Shown one piece after another: positions 12,144 to 27,134 of a stretch of DNA of 64,000 nt. The DNA lies in NCBI RefSeq assembly GCF_009914755.1, contig NC_060925.1. One strand, given 5' to 3'. The stretch's first letter is position 1, and each line of letters begins with the position of its first letter. The translations under genes and the position numbers were made by a program. Source of the DNA: the human T2T-CHM13v2.0 reference genome, Homo sapiens. Below the pieces are notes generated by a model. It was not told the DNA's origin. It was given only the letters and a program-made list of their open reading frames with translations, and made no database searches.

Positions 12144-12984
12144 CTGGAGTGTGACGGGTGGGAGGCGGGAGGCCACAGTCGGAGGGTCTGAAGCCCCCTG
12201 CTCTGCCAAAGAGGGCAGGTTCTTCCCAGGGAGGGCCCTTCCTCTCTGCTCCTTGGTGGTGGCTGGGCTTCCCCCAGAGGCTGGCGGCTCCTGCGCCAGG
12301 GGCTGCTCTGAGGCTGTGGCCCTCTTTGGGGCCGGCTTAGCATCTGCAGTTGGGCTCTTCTCTGAGGCCAGTGCCTTCTCAAAGATGGAAGCTTTCTCAG
12401 ACACCAGCCTCCTTCCTGAGCCCAGTGCCATCCCTGGGGCCAGCGACTTCTCAGAGACACTGGTTTTTTCTAGAACAGACTTCTTCTCTGAGCTGTTTCT
12501 TTTCTCTGACACTGCTATCTTCTCTGATAGAGATGTCTTCTCTGAGGCCAGCACCTTCTCAGAGATGGAGGTTTTATCGGAGACCAGGCTCTTTTCAGGT
12601 GCCGTCTTCTTTGGCATGGAGGATTTCTCCAAGACTGGGGACTTTTCTGGAACCCCTTTCTTCCTCTCTTCTGGCTCCCTGCCCAAGCTCTCCTCCTCCA
12701 GGGCCCAGGGGCCCCGCTGTTCCCGACTCAGTCTCCGGCGAGGTGGGATTTCCAGTTCCTTCTTGGAGACTAGGGGTTTCTGTGTGGCCTGCACAGGGCT
12801 CAAGCTGTTCCTCCCCTCCTCTGCCTCCAGCCTCTCCTGGATGGGGGCCTGTGCAGCCTCCACCACCTGCCGCCTCTGCCTCCGCTCCTGCCGTGTTCTG
12901 AGGATGCTCTGGATGTCCTCGTCCTCATCTTTGGAGGCTGGGGGCAGTGGCTTGGGCACCTCTGCTTCTTCCACGCTCGGTAGT
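12144..12984 (-). CDS. LAD1: LAD1 exon 3 (large exon with SEK repeats)
   Basis: ORF 11940..12974 translates to ladinin-1 sequence (EEAEVPKPLPPASKDEDED...SEK repeats...RLPPVTLQ). ATTCAG| acceptor, |GTTGG donor, 841 nt. Confidence 0.97.
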
Positions 12985-13917
12985 CTGAATCAGAAGATGG
13001 GAGACAGAATCAGAGGATAGAGGTGGAAGATACCCTAAGTATACCTAACCCAATGGAGATGCTGCCAGGGCCACCAAGGAGGAGGTGAGGATGTCAGGCC
13101 CTGGCCTCCCCGGCTCACCACCACCTTTATCCACTCGATATATTGCACTTCCAAGGTATCATCTGAGCAAAGCACACTATGCTTTTTAAAAAGCTTATAA
13201 ATTCCTATGAAGTCCAACGACTCCATGTTCAGACGTAGTCAACAGACTCTGAATAACTGCTTTAATATGTGCCAGAGCCTGCTTGGGGCATTGGGGATCA
13301 AAAGGAATAAGCACAGTCTCTGCCCCTTAGATCTTAGATCAAGACTAGAGATGTCCAGGGATTTTGTCAAGGTCACACAGCTGATTCGTGGGGGAGCTGG
13401 GAGCAGAACCTAAGTCTTCCGATGCACCATTCCACACTCCTGTCAGTCTTGTGGGTGCAGCCAAGACTAGGTGACAGCCACAGGTACTGGTGCAGCCCAG
13501 CTCTGGACATCCTCCAGAGTCTGCTGCCGGGCAAGGCTGGGGGAGGGGAGGACAGGAGAGAAGAGGGTCATCACAGCCCTGTTCTCCCTTCTTGGGGGAC
13601 CCAAAGAAACAAAAGTAACATGAGAGGATTGTCCATAACCCACAGCACCTGGCCTCCAGCAAAAGGAGATTATTTTCCTTCCTCATCACCCTGCTCTCCA
13701 TGTGCTTTCAGGCAAGTTAACTTACTGTCGGAGCCTCAGTTTTCACATCTACAAACTGGGCTTGTTAGGAAGCAAAATGAGACTCATGAGGGTGCCCAGG
13801 ACAGTCCTGGCATGTAGGTGGCATTCAGTAAACCCCAGGCTCTTCCCCCACCTCATAATCCCAAAATCTAGATGGCAAAACTAGCCCCAAGGTTCTTCTC
13901 CTCAGAAGTAAATTATA

Positions 13918-14506
<589 letters not shown>

Positions 14507-14967
14507 GAAGTAAATTATAGAGGGTCAGGGTTAGAAGAAGGCAGCCTGGATAATGGAAGGAGGCGGGAGCTTGACAGATCTGGATGGACATTCTGGCCCT
14601 GCCACTCTTGAGGTACGTGACCTCAGCAAGTCACCTAAGTACTTTTCAACCCTGTTACTCCACCTGTAAAATGGGTTAACAATACCTCTCTCTCAGGGAC
14701 ATTGTGTGAATTACGTGAGCTATGGCCATAAAATGTCCAGCACAGTATTGGCTCATGGATGGTCTACAAATAGTAGCAAGCATTGTTATGAAGAGGATGG
14801 AAGCTGGCAGGACTGAGTCTGGGGAAGGTGGGGAACTGGAAATTCATCATCACACCCTTCAGCCTCATTTCCTGGGCCCCAACTCCCTGAGCAGACTGAA
14901 TATGCTGCACTTAGTCTGAGGCAACCAGTCCATCCCCATCCATCAGGATAGAAACCTGAGCACCTAC

Positions 14968-15111
14968 CTCTCAGAAGCAGAGGACTGCCGGTCTCCATTC
15001 TGGCTGAGCCTGGGAGCCTCATCGTCCGTGGTGGAGCTCAGGTTGCGGTGCCGCCGCCTGCGCTCGCGCTCCTGTTCCTCCTCATCCTCCAGAGTCCTCT
15101 GCCGGGCAAGG
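14968..15111 (-). CDS. LAD1: LAD1 exon 2 (SLARQRTLEDEEEQERERRRRHRNL...SER)
   Basis: CCCCAG| acceptor, |GTAGG donor, 144 nt, phase 2-2. Confidence 0.96.
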
Positions 15112-15199
15112 CTGGGGGAGGGGAGGAGAGGGTCAGCACAGCTGGGGAAACCCAGGACCCTCCCGAGGCAGGCTCCTCTAGGGCTGGGAGAAGAGACCA

Positions 15200-16400
<1,201 letters not shown>

Positions 16401-16424
16401 AAAGCTGCAGGGCTTTGGATTAGA

Positions 16425-16632
16425 CTGGGGTTTCTCCAGCTCAGCACTGTTGACACTTTGGCCAGACAATTGCGTGTCCAGGGCTGTCCTGGATCACAGG
16501 ACGTTTAGCAGCATCTCTAGCCTCTACCTGCTGGGTGCCAGTAGTACATGCCCCAGATGGGACAACCAAAATGTTTCCTGACATTGCCAAATGTCTCCTG
16601 GGGGGCAAAGTCACCCCACATAGGAACCACTG
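16425..16632 (-). mobile_element. MER20 (hAT) element
   Basis: Minus strand CAGTGGTTCC...GGAGACATTTGGCAATGTCAGGAAACATTTTGGTTGTC...GAGAAACCCCAG resembles the MER20 consensus. Confidence 0.85.
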
Positions 16633-18049
16633 GGTTGAACTGTACTCTGGACCCCGGGATGAGAATGGGAGGGCCTCCATCACCGGGGGTGACTAGGAAC
16701 GTGGAAGGGCGGGCCTGGTCCTGCCTGAAGGAAACAGATGAACTTGCCAAGTGCCTTTCTCTTTTTGGTCCTGGGATTCTTAGGTAATATCCATCAGTGG
16801 ACAGTCATGGAGATATTTCCTCACTCAATTCCCCATGGAATTTCTTAGCTTTTGGGAAGGGAAGACTTACAAACAAAACCATTTACCCATGGAAAAAACT
16901 CCAATATCGCCTTCCTTTCACTTCCCAGGGGCTCTTGGAGCCTCCCTCACCTTTCAGATGGAAAGAGCTTCGTGGAAAGAGTTGAGCCATGGAGCTCCAC
17001 AGATCTGGATGAAAATCCAGACAACTTTCACTTCTCTGGGGAGCAAGGGGACCCCACACCCTACTTTTGGTTCCTGCCCCAGTCACCCTTCATTCATGGG
17101 GCCAAGCAGGCATTCTACAGCCAGCCAGGCAACTCCACCAGTCTATCCATCTACTACTCGCCCACACATCCATGTACTCAGCCACTCAGCTGTTTCCACC
17201 ATCTTTATCCACCTGCCCTACCTACCACCTCCCACCAGCCCATCTTCCATCCACCCCACCCCTTCCAGTCCAACCAAACAGCAAATGAAAACTGAATGAC
17301 TATGACAAGCCAGCACCATGTCAGGAACTGTGTGGGCATCACAGAACATGGCAGGGTCTCTGCCCTGGAGATATTGACAATCCAGTGAAAAAGAGAAGTG
17401 TGTCCACCAATAACTCCCCCAACCAAAGTGCATAAGTTGTTCTTCAGTGTGAGAGAACAGATGCTATAGGCCAAGATTATCAGAAAAGGCTCATGGAAGA
17501 GATGAACCGGGCTGCATCTCAGTGAACAAACAGGCTTTCGATGGGGTGGGGCTGGCAGTCCAGGCAGAGGGAAGGTACCGAGGTTCAGGGTTTGCTGGGG
17601 ACAGGAGGCTGAGCTTCACCCCGGGAGACAGGAGGGGGTGTGAGCAGGGGAGTACCAGGCTGTGAAAGTCAGCTGGGGGAGCCCTTCTCTGTGGTTCCCC
17701 CTGCATTGTCTGCAAATCAGGTTAAAAGGTTCTAGAAAAGGCCTCTTTCTTCCCTCCCAGAGTTATAGCAACGACTGCAAGGCCTCCTCTTGCCACTGCC
17801 AGATGCCAAACTCTCTACCCTTTGCTGTCCCAGCCTCTCCTGCTGCTCAGCCCTAGTTCCCACTGAGCCTGTCTCCTCCACAGGGAGTCTGTGGTAAGGC
17901 AAGGTCAGGTGATCTGGTTTCTAGTCCTCCTGCCCTTTGGCAAGTTACTTCCTTTTCTCTTCCTCAGTTTTCCCTCCTAAAATGAGAAGGATGAACCACA
18001 TGAACCGCTCCGATTTTTTTCTAGGTCCAGCATCCCCTGGATTGAGCCA

Positions 18050-18900
18050 ATATTCACTAAAAAATTACTTTTGAGGACCTACTATGTACCAGGCACGATT
18101 CCAGGGGCTGGGAACAGCTGGGAATGAGACCAACAGGGTCTTCCCCTTCACAGGGCACACATCCAGCATGGGGGAGTCAGACCATGAGCAAGGAAACAAG
18201 CCCATGAACAAAATGACACCAGCTAAGTGTCACTAGGACAAGGGAACAAAGTAAGTGACATGAGAGAAGGTGGCTGGGTGGGAAAGCCCCCTCGGAGAGC
18301 CCTGGTTCATGAGGAGGAGGCAGCAGAGCCAGATCCGTCAGCCAGTGTTCCAGGAGGAGGATCCAGCCAGTGCAGAGCCTGCATGTGAGGAGCTGGGTAT
18401 TCAGGGGAAGACGGGAAACCAGGGCCAGAGTGGCCCACAGGGAAGCTGGAGAGGGAAGCAAGGCCAGAGCAGAGGGCCTTGGAGACCAGGGAAAGGACTT
18501 GGGTTTTATTCCAGGTGTGCTGGAGAGCCCTGGAGAGTGTTACACAGAAAAACAACATGATGGGATCGCTCTATTTTTAATCTCTCTGGCTGCTGTATGA
18601 AAAAAAAAAACATCGAAAGGGCCAGGGGAGAGGGGAAACAGAGGACCCGTCAGAAGGCACCTGCAATCCCATAGGCGAGAGCTAGAACTATGGTGGCTTG
18701 AACTGGGGTGGGGACAGAAAATATGGGGAAAAGTGATAGATTCGGGACATGTTCTGAAGATACAGCCACCAGGGTTGACTGTTGGATTGGATGTTGGGTG
18801 GGAGGAGGGAGAGGAAAAGAGAAAAATCAAGAACTGCTAGATTTTGGGCCCAAGCTATTTCTGGAGGGCCATTAATAACATGGGGAAGACCAGGGGAGGA
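18050..18900 (-). mobile_element. L2 fragments
   Basis: TTGAGGACCTACTATGTACCAGGCAC and GGACTTGGGTTTTATTCC...TCTCTGGCTGCTGT are typical L2 3' motifs. Boundaries approximate. Confidence 0.65.
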
Positions 18901-19272
18901 AGGAGTGTGGTGGGCTGTTGGGTGGTAGTGGGGAGGGACAAGAAGGAGATGAAGAGCTGTGCTTCTGGCTTGTTCCAAAGGAGAAGAAACCAGCGAAAGG
19001 CAAAGATCAAGACGCTGCAGCCAGGGAGCTGGAAGGAAACCAGAGGAGGGTGTTGGCATGAACAGGGGAGTGAGGGCCCCAGTCAGATGCTGCTGCGAGG
19101 GGAATGAGACCAAGACAGAATTGTGAGCACAGAGGCACCAGATACCACAGGAAAAGCAGATGCCAGGGCTGTACCAGAGCCTGAGCAGGCTGGTGGGGGT
19201 AAATGGAAACCAAAAAAGGAATTAGTGAGTATCAACAACTCTTTTGAGAAGCAAATAGCATGGAACAGTAGT

Positions 19273-19860
<588 letters not shown>

Positions 19861-21282
19861 AAGTGAAGAGTGATTGAGTTGTCCTGCAGTGAGAGAAACA
19901 ACCGCAGGATAGGGTGTCTCATCTCTAGTGCCCAGTACGGTGCCCGGCACCCAGCAGGTGCTGACAAATGTGGAACAGCAAGTAAGTGTCAATTTCAGGG
20001 GTGCTGGGCTCTCCTCCTCCCTAGAAATTACAAAACTTCTGCCTCGATGCCGAGGCGCACAAAGGGGGAACAAAGCCCACTCCTCCCCCAAAGGCAATCT
20101 GCCCAGCTGTCTGCCCAGGGAAGGCGAGTGCCTGCCCATCACCCCAAGGGGAAAGGAAGTGCCTTTGGAGGAGAACCTTCCAGACCCTCCCAATTCTGCC
20201 AGCAGGGCAGCTCTTCCTGGTGAGAACCTCAATCCCTCCTGTCAGTCACACCTCTACTTCCTCAGGGGAGATGGAGAGGCGCCCAAATCAAACTTTCCCC
20301 CTATGGCCTTGGCCACGGAACTTAAACAAGATTCCCCTGGGCCTCTGCATGACTGCTGTGAGCTCTGGGTATTTGTAGATTGAACATTCATCATTCATTC
20401 ATCCTTCATTCACTACACACAAACAGATGCTCTCTTATAAGGCAGGCTCCAAAGTCCCACCTCTCCTTGGTTTTCTTATTCAGATTTAGAAACGCCAACT
20501 TCTGCTGGCTTACACGTGAGGCCACACCTCCAGCTCCCTCCTCTGGATGCACCCCGTCCCTTGTCCATAGCCTGGAAACAGCTCTTGCCCTCCAAAGCTG
20601 AGGGATCCAAATACTGGGGAAAGTGGCCCACAAAGCCCAGAGTGCCTCTCCCCTGACCACACCCACAGCTGGCTGAGCTGGAGCCTCCAGGGTTCCTGGG
20701 TCTTGAGCCACACAGCTCCCACATGCCACCCTCAGCCCTTGGGGAAGTGGCCTATTTGTTTATCCTCCTGTGGGGCCCTGGATGGTGCATGAGCACTCAG
20801 AGCCTGGTCTCCTGGGGGTCTCCAGGGCTCAGCTGCAGGACTCAGAACCCAGGGATCCTTGAGTGTCCCCAAGCTTTATACTAAGACCCCATAGCTCACC
20901 CAAGGTGATGTGGCCACCGCCCCTGCTGCTTGGGAATCATGGGGCTGCCTTCAACCCTGACACCTGGCAAAACATGAGTCCCTTCAGCAGCACCACCCCA
21001 CCCTGGGGAGAAATGTTATCTCCAATAAGCACAAGTTATGAGGATAAAAATGGAAGGGAGGGAAGGGCAAAGCCCAGTCCCCAGGAGGGGACTCAGTGGG
21101 TACAGCTGTTGAAACCCCAGTAATAAATTAAAAAACTGAGGGCTCAAAACAGTGTTAGGCACTTCTTGAACATGGTGAATAACTAAAGGAATAAGGGGGG
21201 AAGTGAGCACACTAACGTGGAAGTGCTTACTCTAACACCAGTCACTGTTCTCATACCGCTGGCATTCATCTTTACAACAGCC

Positions 21283-21565
21283 ACTGGGTGCGGTGGCTCA
21301 TGCTTGTAATCCCAGCACTTTGGGAGGCCAAGGCGGCTGGATCACTTGAGGGCAGGAGTTCGAGATCAGGCCGGCCAACATGGTGAAACCCCATCTGTAC
21401 TAAAAATAGAAAAAAAATAGCTGGGTCCGTGGTGGCGGGCGCCTGTAATCCCAGCTACTCAGGAGACTGAGGCATGAGAATCACTTAGAACCCAAGAGGT
21501 GGAGGTTGCAGTGAGCCAAGATCATGCCACTGCACTCCAGCCTGAGTGACAGAGTGAGACTCTGT
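21283..21565 (+). mobile_element. Alu
   Basis: Alu dimer motifs, degenerate tail. Confidence 0.92.
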
Positions 21566-24500
21566 CCATCTCGTATATAAAGAAACTGAGGCTCAAAAGA
21601 GTTAACAACCTTCCCACGATCGCACAGCTAATAAAAACAAGAAACCAAGATTTAAACCTAGGTCAGCCTCTCAAAAGCACCTACGCTTAACCATCATACC
21701 AAGTGCCAGAAAAGGTATGGCCAGGGAGGGCTGGCCCTAACCCAGAGGGAGCTCAACAGCTGAACCTTCAAGGGAGGGAACAGAGGCCCAAGAGGGCATC
21801 TGAAGGTGTGGTATTCCCTACCCCAGGACAGGCTGGGGCCCAGGGCAAAGCCTGGGAGGGCAGAGGTTTGGGGAAACCCCGTGGCCCATGCAACATTGAC
21901 CTTCAAGCCCCAGAGCCAGGCCCAGGGTGAAACCTACAGGCCCGAACAGCTGCGGAGGCTCAGCTGCTCCTACTAGCTGAGGCCACAGCCCCAGGCAGCT
22001 GCCTACCACTCCTTCCCTCTAGACAACCCTTTCCCCCACCTCCTGGCCTTCATCTGGGGACACATGTCCCTCTCGGTGTCTCCATGTAATGCTGCTATCC
22101 TCCTCCCCACTCCAGACTTCAACTCCATCCTTTGGGGATGGGGATCCTCTTTTTCTCTTAAATAATTCTAAAGGACATTCTGCCGTTACTCACTAGAGAG
22201 CTTGTTTTGACCTCTACCCTGGGAACTTTCTTCCTGAAGTCTAACTTCCATCTATTCTGCAGCAACTGATGGCAGGGATTTAAGTGAAGTGGTTGTTAAA
22301 AGTCATATTTAGCAGTACAAGCCATTTTCCCAAATTGAATCATAGACAGAAGCCCATTATACAACAGATTAAGGCTCAGCTGCCCTGCTTAAAGCTGGGA
22401 GAGGGTGAGAAGGCTGCCCCAGATGCATTTTGTGGAACCCTGGGGCTCAAGGAGCATAATTTGCAAATCTTGGGGACTGGGGTTAGGGAAGGGAGGACAG
22501 AGGAGGGTTGGGGGATCATGCCCATGACCTTGGCCAGTCTCCTGCACCTGAGCAGGGCAGGCCTTAAGTTCCCCTTCTGCATGGTCACTGTGGGGGGTAA
22601 CTCAGGTCTCTTCCAGCCCCAAAGGTCTAGGGAGAGGTGTCTGGAGAACCCAGGGCAGCGATTGGAAGTAGGAGGGCGGCTCAAGGCCCAGGCAGGGAAA
22701 TGATTAACCACTGGCTGTTCAGTCCCAGGCACTCTCAGATCCACCCCTCACCCCCTGCAGACAGGCCTGGCCCAGCCTCACTGGTCACCAGGCCAGTCCG
22801 GGGAGAAAAGGACAAGGCCTCTGACCAGGGCACCCAGCCAGCCAGCTCACCACTGCCCCCCCAATCCCAGGGCTGGAAGACTTGAATCTCTGCTCCATGC
22901 CAAGGATGGGCTGCAGGCTGGCCCCCAGCTACCCACCCACCTCTCCATCCACCTCCCCACCTGGGACCGTGCTGTCACACCCTAGCACGGTCCTCCCCAG
23001 CCCAGGAGGCTCTGTTGACAGTGACTCACAGCCCTTTCCTGCCTGCCCGCTGAGGCTTGTTCACCCAGGGAGCGGAGCGGGAGCGGTCCTCTGTTCCAGG
23101 TGCCTCATCAGGGTGACTGTTGGCAGCAGCTGCGTCTGCCCACAGGGCTCTATGAGGGCTGGGACCCGGCAGGGAGGGCAGGCCAGGGGCCCCTGTGGCA
23201 GGACTGTTCCCCAGAGCTTCCTGGCACTTACCCTGGACATCTTGTGGGAACTTGGCTGTAGCCACATGAGTCCATGTCCATCTGAGCAGTGGACAAGCTT
23301 AGGCCAGACCTTGCTCCCATTTTCAAAGTTCCAGTGCCCCAGCTGCCTCCCCACACACACACACCCCCCCATGCATATCCAGGCATGCTTTCAGACACAA
23401 AATCACATATATCCCACCAGACTATGAACTTCTGAAGAAGGAGTGTCTGGTTTGTATTTTTAACCCAATGCACAGTACTGAGGTCTTCAATAAACAGTTC
23501 AACTGAACATATGCAGACTGACAAACTCAAGACTCAGCAACATAAGAACCAGCTCCCCACACAGATGTGTCATCTCTTCATAGGCCATAAACACACTTGT
23601 CCACAAGTATGCCACACACACACACACATAAGCATACATTCATAGGCACAGGTAGGCCCACATCTAGAAGCAAAGACACTCCCACATCAACCCCCAGGCA
23701 CACTGACCCACATGCAAAGTCCAAGACCTTGACTCCTCAGCCGCACCCTCAGCATAGACCTTCCTCTATAGCAGCCTGGGTTTCTTTTCCAGAGCACTGA
23801 GTTCCCTCCATTCGTGGGGCTTACCTTTTCCCCTCTCTAGAGCCCATGGGCTGCCCACAGTGCTTCAGAGCACTGTGAGGTCTTGAGGGTCTGGGGAGGT
23901 GGCCCCCCAGTCCCAGGCGATGAGCTGCTATGGAGAGGCTAAGCCTGAGACAATGAGGTAGTTCTGGAGCCCTTATTAAGGGAGGGCAGGAGCGGGGTAG
24001 AGGACATACTAGAGCACTGGAAAAACCTGTGAAAGATGCCTTGCTGGGGAAAGCCTACAGGACCCAAATGGCTGGAGGGTCTGCACCTGGCAGAGATAGC
24101 CCTGGCTCAGGAAAGGCCAAGACCCAAATGCCCACCTGGGAGGAGCTAAGAGGCTAATATCTACCTGGCTAGAAAGGGATCAAAAGAGCAGGCTCCAGCT
24201 CTGGGCTACCGCAGGAGCCTCAGTTTCCTTAGGGACAAGATGGGGGACGGGGGCGCCCAGTGGAGGAATGAGGTGAAAATGCTCACAGGGGGCCTTCTTG
24301 GCAGAGGTGCAGGGTCGCTCCAAGAGAAGTCGCTAGAGGTCACCAATCTCCATGAGGGGTGCTGCCTTCTGAACACCCGCCTTCCCCAGGCCTCTCGGAC
24401 CCTGATGGGATGTCCAGCAGGCAGGGGTAGGATGCCTCATCCCCGACCCTTTAGGAGACCAGTGTACAAGTAAAGATTGCAGCAGCACAGATGGGGATGG

Positions 24501-24849
24501 CAACTATCTTAAGGTTCCCAGCCCAGATGCCACCCCAAAATGCCATGCTGAGATTCTGAGCGTCCTTAGTGGGAGACGGGTCTGCTTCCCTCCAGTCCTC
24601 TTCACTGACCCCTCCAAGACGGCTCTCCCTGCTCCCCCTCCCAAGAGGGGCTGTGGGACACCTCCCAGGGGTCCTCTCCGCCAGAGACACACGGGGGCAG
24701 TGAGAGAGGCTTCTCTCAGGAATGAGGCTTGGAGGTTACTCCTGAACACCTCCACAATCCCCCAAAACGTTCCTTCCTGCTTCCACCTTCCACAGGGGGG
24801 GCCATATCCCAGCGGGCGTCCAGACTGAGGACCAGCCTTCCCCTAAGCA

Positions 24850-25720
24850 CCCTGTGTGGGGCCTCAGGCCCCGAGGGGAGAAGACCCACCCTGTAACCTC
24901 AGGGGTCCCGAGTTTGGCCCCAATCCTGTCTCCCGCGAGTCGCAGCAAGACCAGGATCCAGCCTCAGTGTCAGGGTCCCAGGCGGGGAGGAGGCCGGTGC
25001 CCCGAGGAGAGGAGACCCAAAGGCTCCCCGCCGACCCCCCGCCCCTCCCGGCTCCCTCCGGCGCTCACCTGGACAGCGCGGACCAGTCCTTCCTGCTGAC
25101 AGCCATGCTGCAGGAGCCCCGCGTGGCCGCCCGCGTCCCCGCCGGCCGCCGCCTCACCTGGCGCCCCTCCCCTTCCAGCCCAGGTGGGATCACATGGCCG
25201 CTTATCTCACCCCCGCGCGCCCCGGCCGCGCTCCGATTTGCCGACCCGGGAATGGCCTCTGGGATGTGGGCGTCCCAGACAAAGCCGCATTGATTGCAGC
25301 CCAGGCCGGCCCGGCCGCGAGGCCGCAAGCACTGGGTGGACCGTCGGACGGATCGCGGGACCGAACGACGGACGCCCGGGGCCGGCGTGGGGCTGGTCGG
25401 CTGCCCGGGGCGAGGGCGGGAGACTTCCTGCTCAGAACCAGTCCGACCAGCTTGGCGCTGGGACGCCTCCCCGCGCTGTGCCGCGGCCCGGGGTGCCGAG
25501 GAGCTGGGCTGGGGGCGGGGACCCCTGCCGGGAACCCGACTTAGCCCGGAGACGCTCAAGAGCAAGAAGCCGAGCGGAAAAGTTAGCGCAGGTACTGTGA
25601 TCTCGGGTCTAGAGCGCCCGCGCCTTCGGGGCCCCTTCGCAGGGAGCGCCCTCCCCACTCCCTGGCTTCGGAACCCACCCGGGCCCACCGTCCCAGTAGG
25701 CCTCGCTGAGATGAATGAGG
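24850..25720. promoter_or_regulatory. LAD1: CpG island / LAD1 promoter
   Basis: Very GC-rich with dense unmutated CpGs, contrasting with the CpG-depleted flanks. Overlaps exon 1 and has GC boxes (GGGGCGGGG 25512-25520). Confidence 0.92.
25069..25106 (-). CDS. LAD1: LAD1 exon 1 coding part (MAVSRKDWSALS)
   Basis: GCAGC ATG GCT start at 25106, donor |GTGAG at 25068. The ten exons sum to 1551 nt, i.e. 516 aa plus stop. Confidence 0.96.
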
Positions 25721-27134
25721 CATTGCTTTCTGAGCTGCACACAAAACATGCCCCTGGTAGACCCAGCCCCACCCAAAGGGAGAATCTTAGACTCAATTCA
25801 GCAAACATTTGTGAAAGCACAAATATGTCAAAGGCACTGTCCTTGCTCCCTGATACTGGACTTTGGGCTAGAGTGGCAGGGTGTATAATAAGGGCAGAGG
25901 AAGCTCAGTTTTTCTTCCCCAAGGAAAGATTAAACACAGATATCTAGGACTCGAATTTTGGAGCACCGTGAGACAGCTCAGGCACCCCTGACACCACCTG
26001 GCTCCCTTTAGGTGCCCATCTGGGCTGGTGCGGGGCCAGGTGCTTTCTATCCAGGAACCAGCCTCAGGTGGGCTTGGGCTAAGAGAGGGTCAGGCGTTGA
26101 GCATGGGGAATCTTATCTTCCCTGATGGATCTGAACTGCAGGGTCAGCGCACAGTTGCTGTTCCTGCCCTGAGAGGAAGGAGGCACAGCCCCAGCGCCAG
26201 GATGAGAATATCAAAAGGGAGCCTGAGCCAGAGCCAGAACTGCCCTCATGCTCCTGGGCCTCGCTGCCCAGCCTCAGCCTCTCTTTGGTGCTCATGTCAG
26301 GCCTTCCAGCTCTGAGATCTCACGGCAAAGGGCAAGCTAGCTGCCGGGCAGAAGCCTGGAAACACAGACACAGCCAGCCTGTTGAGATTCCCCCTCCCGA
26401 AGTACCCCCTCCTCCAGGGAGCCTTCCTTCTTGGCAAGGGTGGGACGAGGTCCAGGACATGAGAACTGGACTGGTAACTTGCACACTTGAGCTCTGATTC
26501 TGACATTTGTGAACTGTGTGACTTGGGACAAACTCCTTCAGTTTCCTTATCTGTGGAGTGGATGTTACGATACCTTGCTCTGCTTCCTTCCAGGTTGTGG
26601 AAATCATATGAGTTCCCTGCTAGTGACATTGGAGTGCACAGATGAATATCGACAAGGCTCCAGGGAGTTCTGAACAGAGGCCAAGGCAGGCCCTGGAGCT
26701 GTATGCTGCTTACAGGAAAAGAGAAAGAGGGGACCCCAATAGTCTAGGTCCCTGGATCCTCTGACCCGGGGCCTGACACTGTCAGGGAAGCTGCTGTCTC
26801 CCTAGGGACCTACTGAATGTTCTTCCCATGGCTGGTCAGTGCTGACACCTCAACACAGGAAGAGAAATACTCCTATGAAGTCATCTGAAGCCTGGTCATG
26901 CCAGGGACACTTCACGAAGGCAGGAACAGTCCTGTTTCTAAAAGCCCAAAATCTAACAGCCTCTCTACAGATATAAAAGCCCAAAGACATGGAAAGTTTG
27001 TATGCAGACAACCCTAGAAGTAAGGAAAAGTGAATGACATATATGTCAATGCCCAGAAAGTTCCTTGAGATCAGACACTGTACATTTATGGGATACTTTC
27101 TAAGTGCCAGCTACTGTACTTGGTGCTGGATCAG

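Noticed and set aside
12151-13020. 289-aa + strand ORF
   Set aside because: Antisense shadow of the repetitive LAD1 exon 3.
18571-18580. Perfect MEF2 motif CTATTTTTAA
   Set aside because: Inside an L2 remnant with no supporting motif cluster; likely chance.
25107-25820. Open frame extending about 234 codons upstream of the LAD1 ATG (in-frame ATG at 25808)
   Set aside because: Stop-poor CpG island. The upstream ATG lies beyond the likely TSS and the peptide is low-complexity G/R/P. Ribo-seq would be needed to revive it.
25294-25947. 217-aa + strand ORF at the LAD1 promoter
   Set aside because: CpG-island artefact. A divergent lncRNA cannot be shown from sequence alone.
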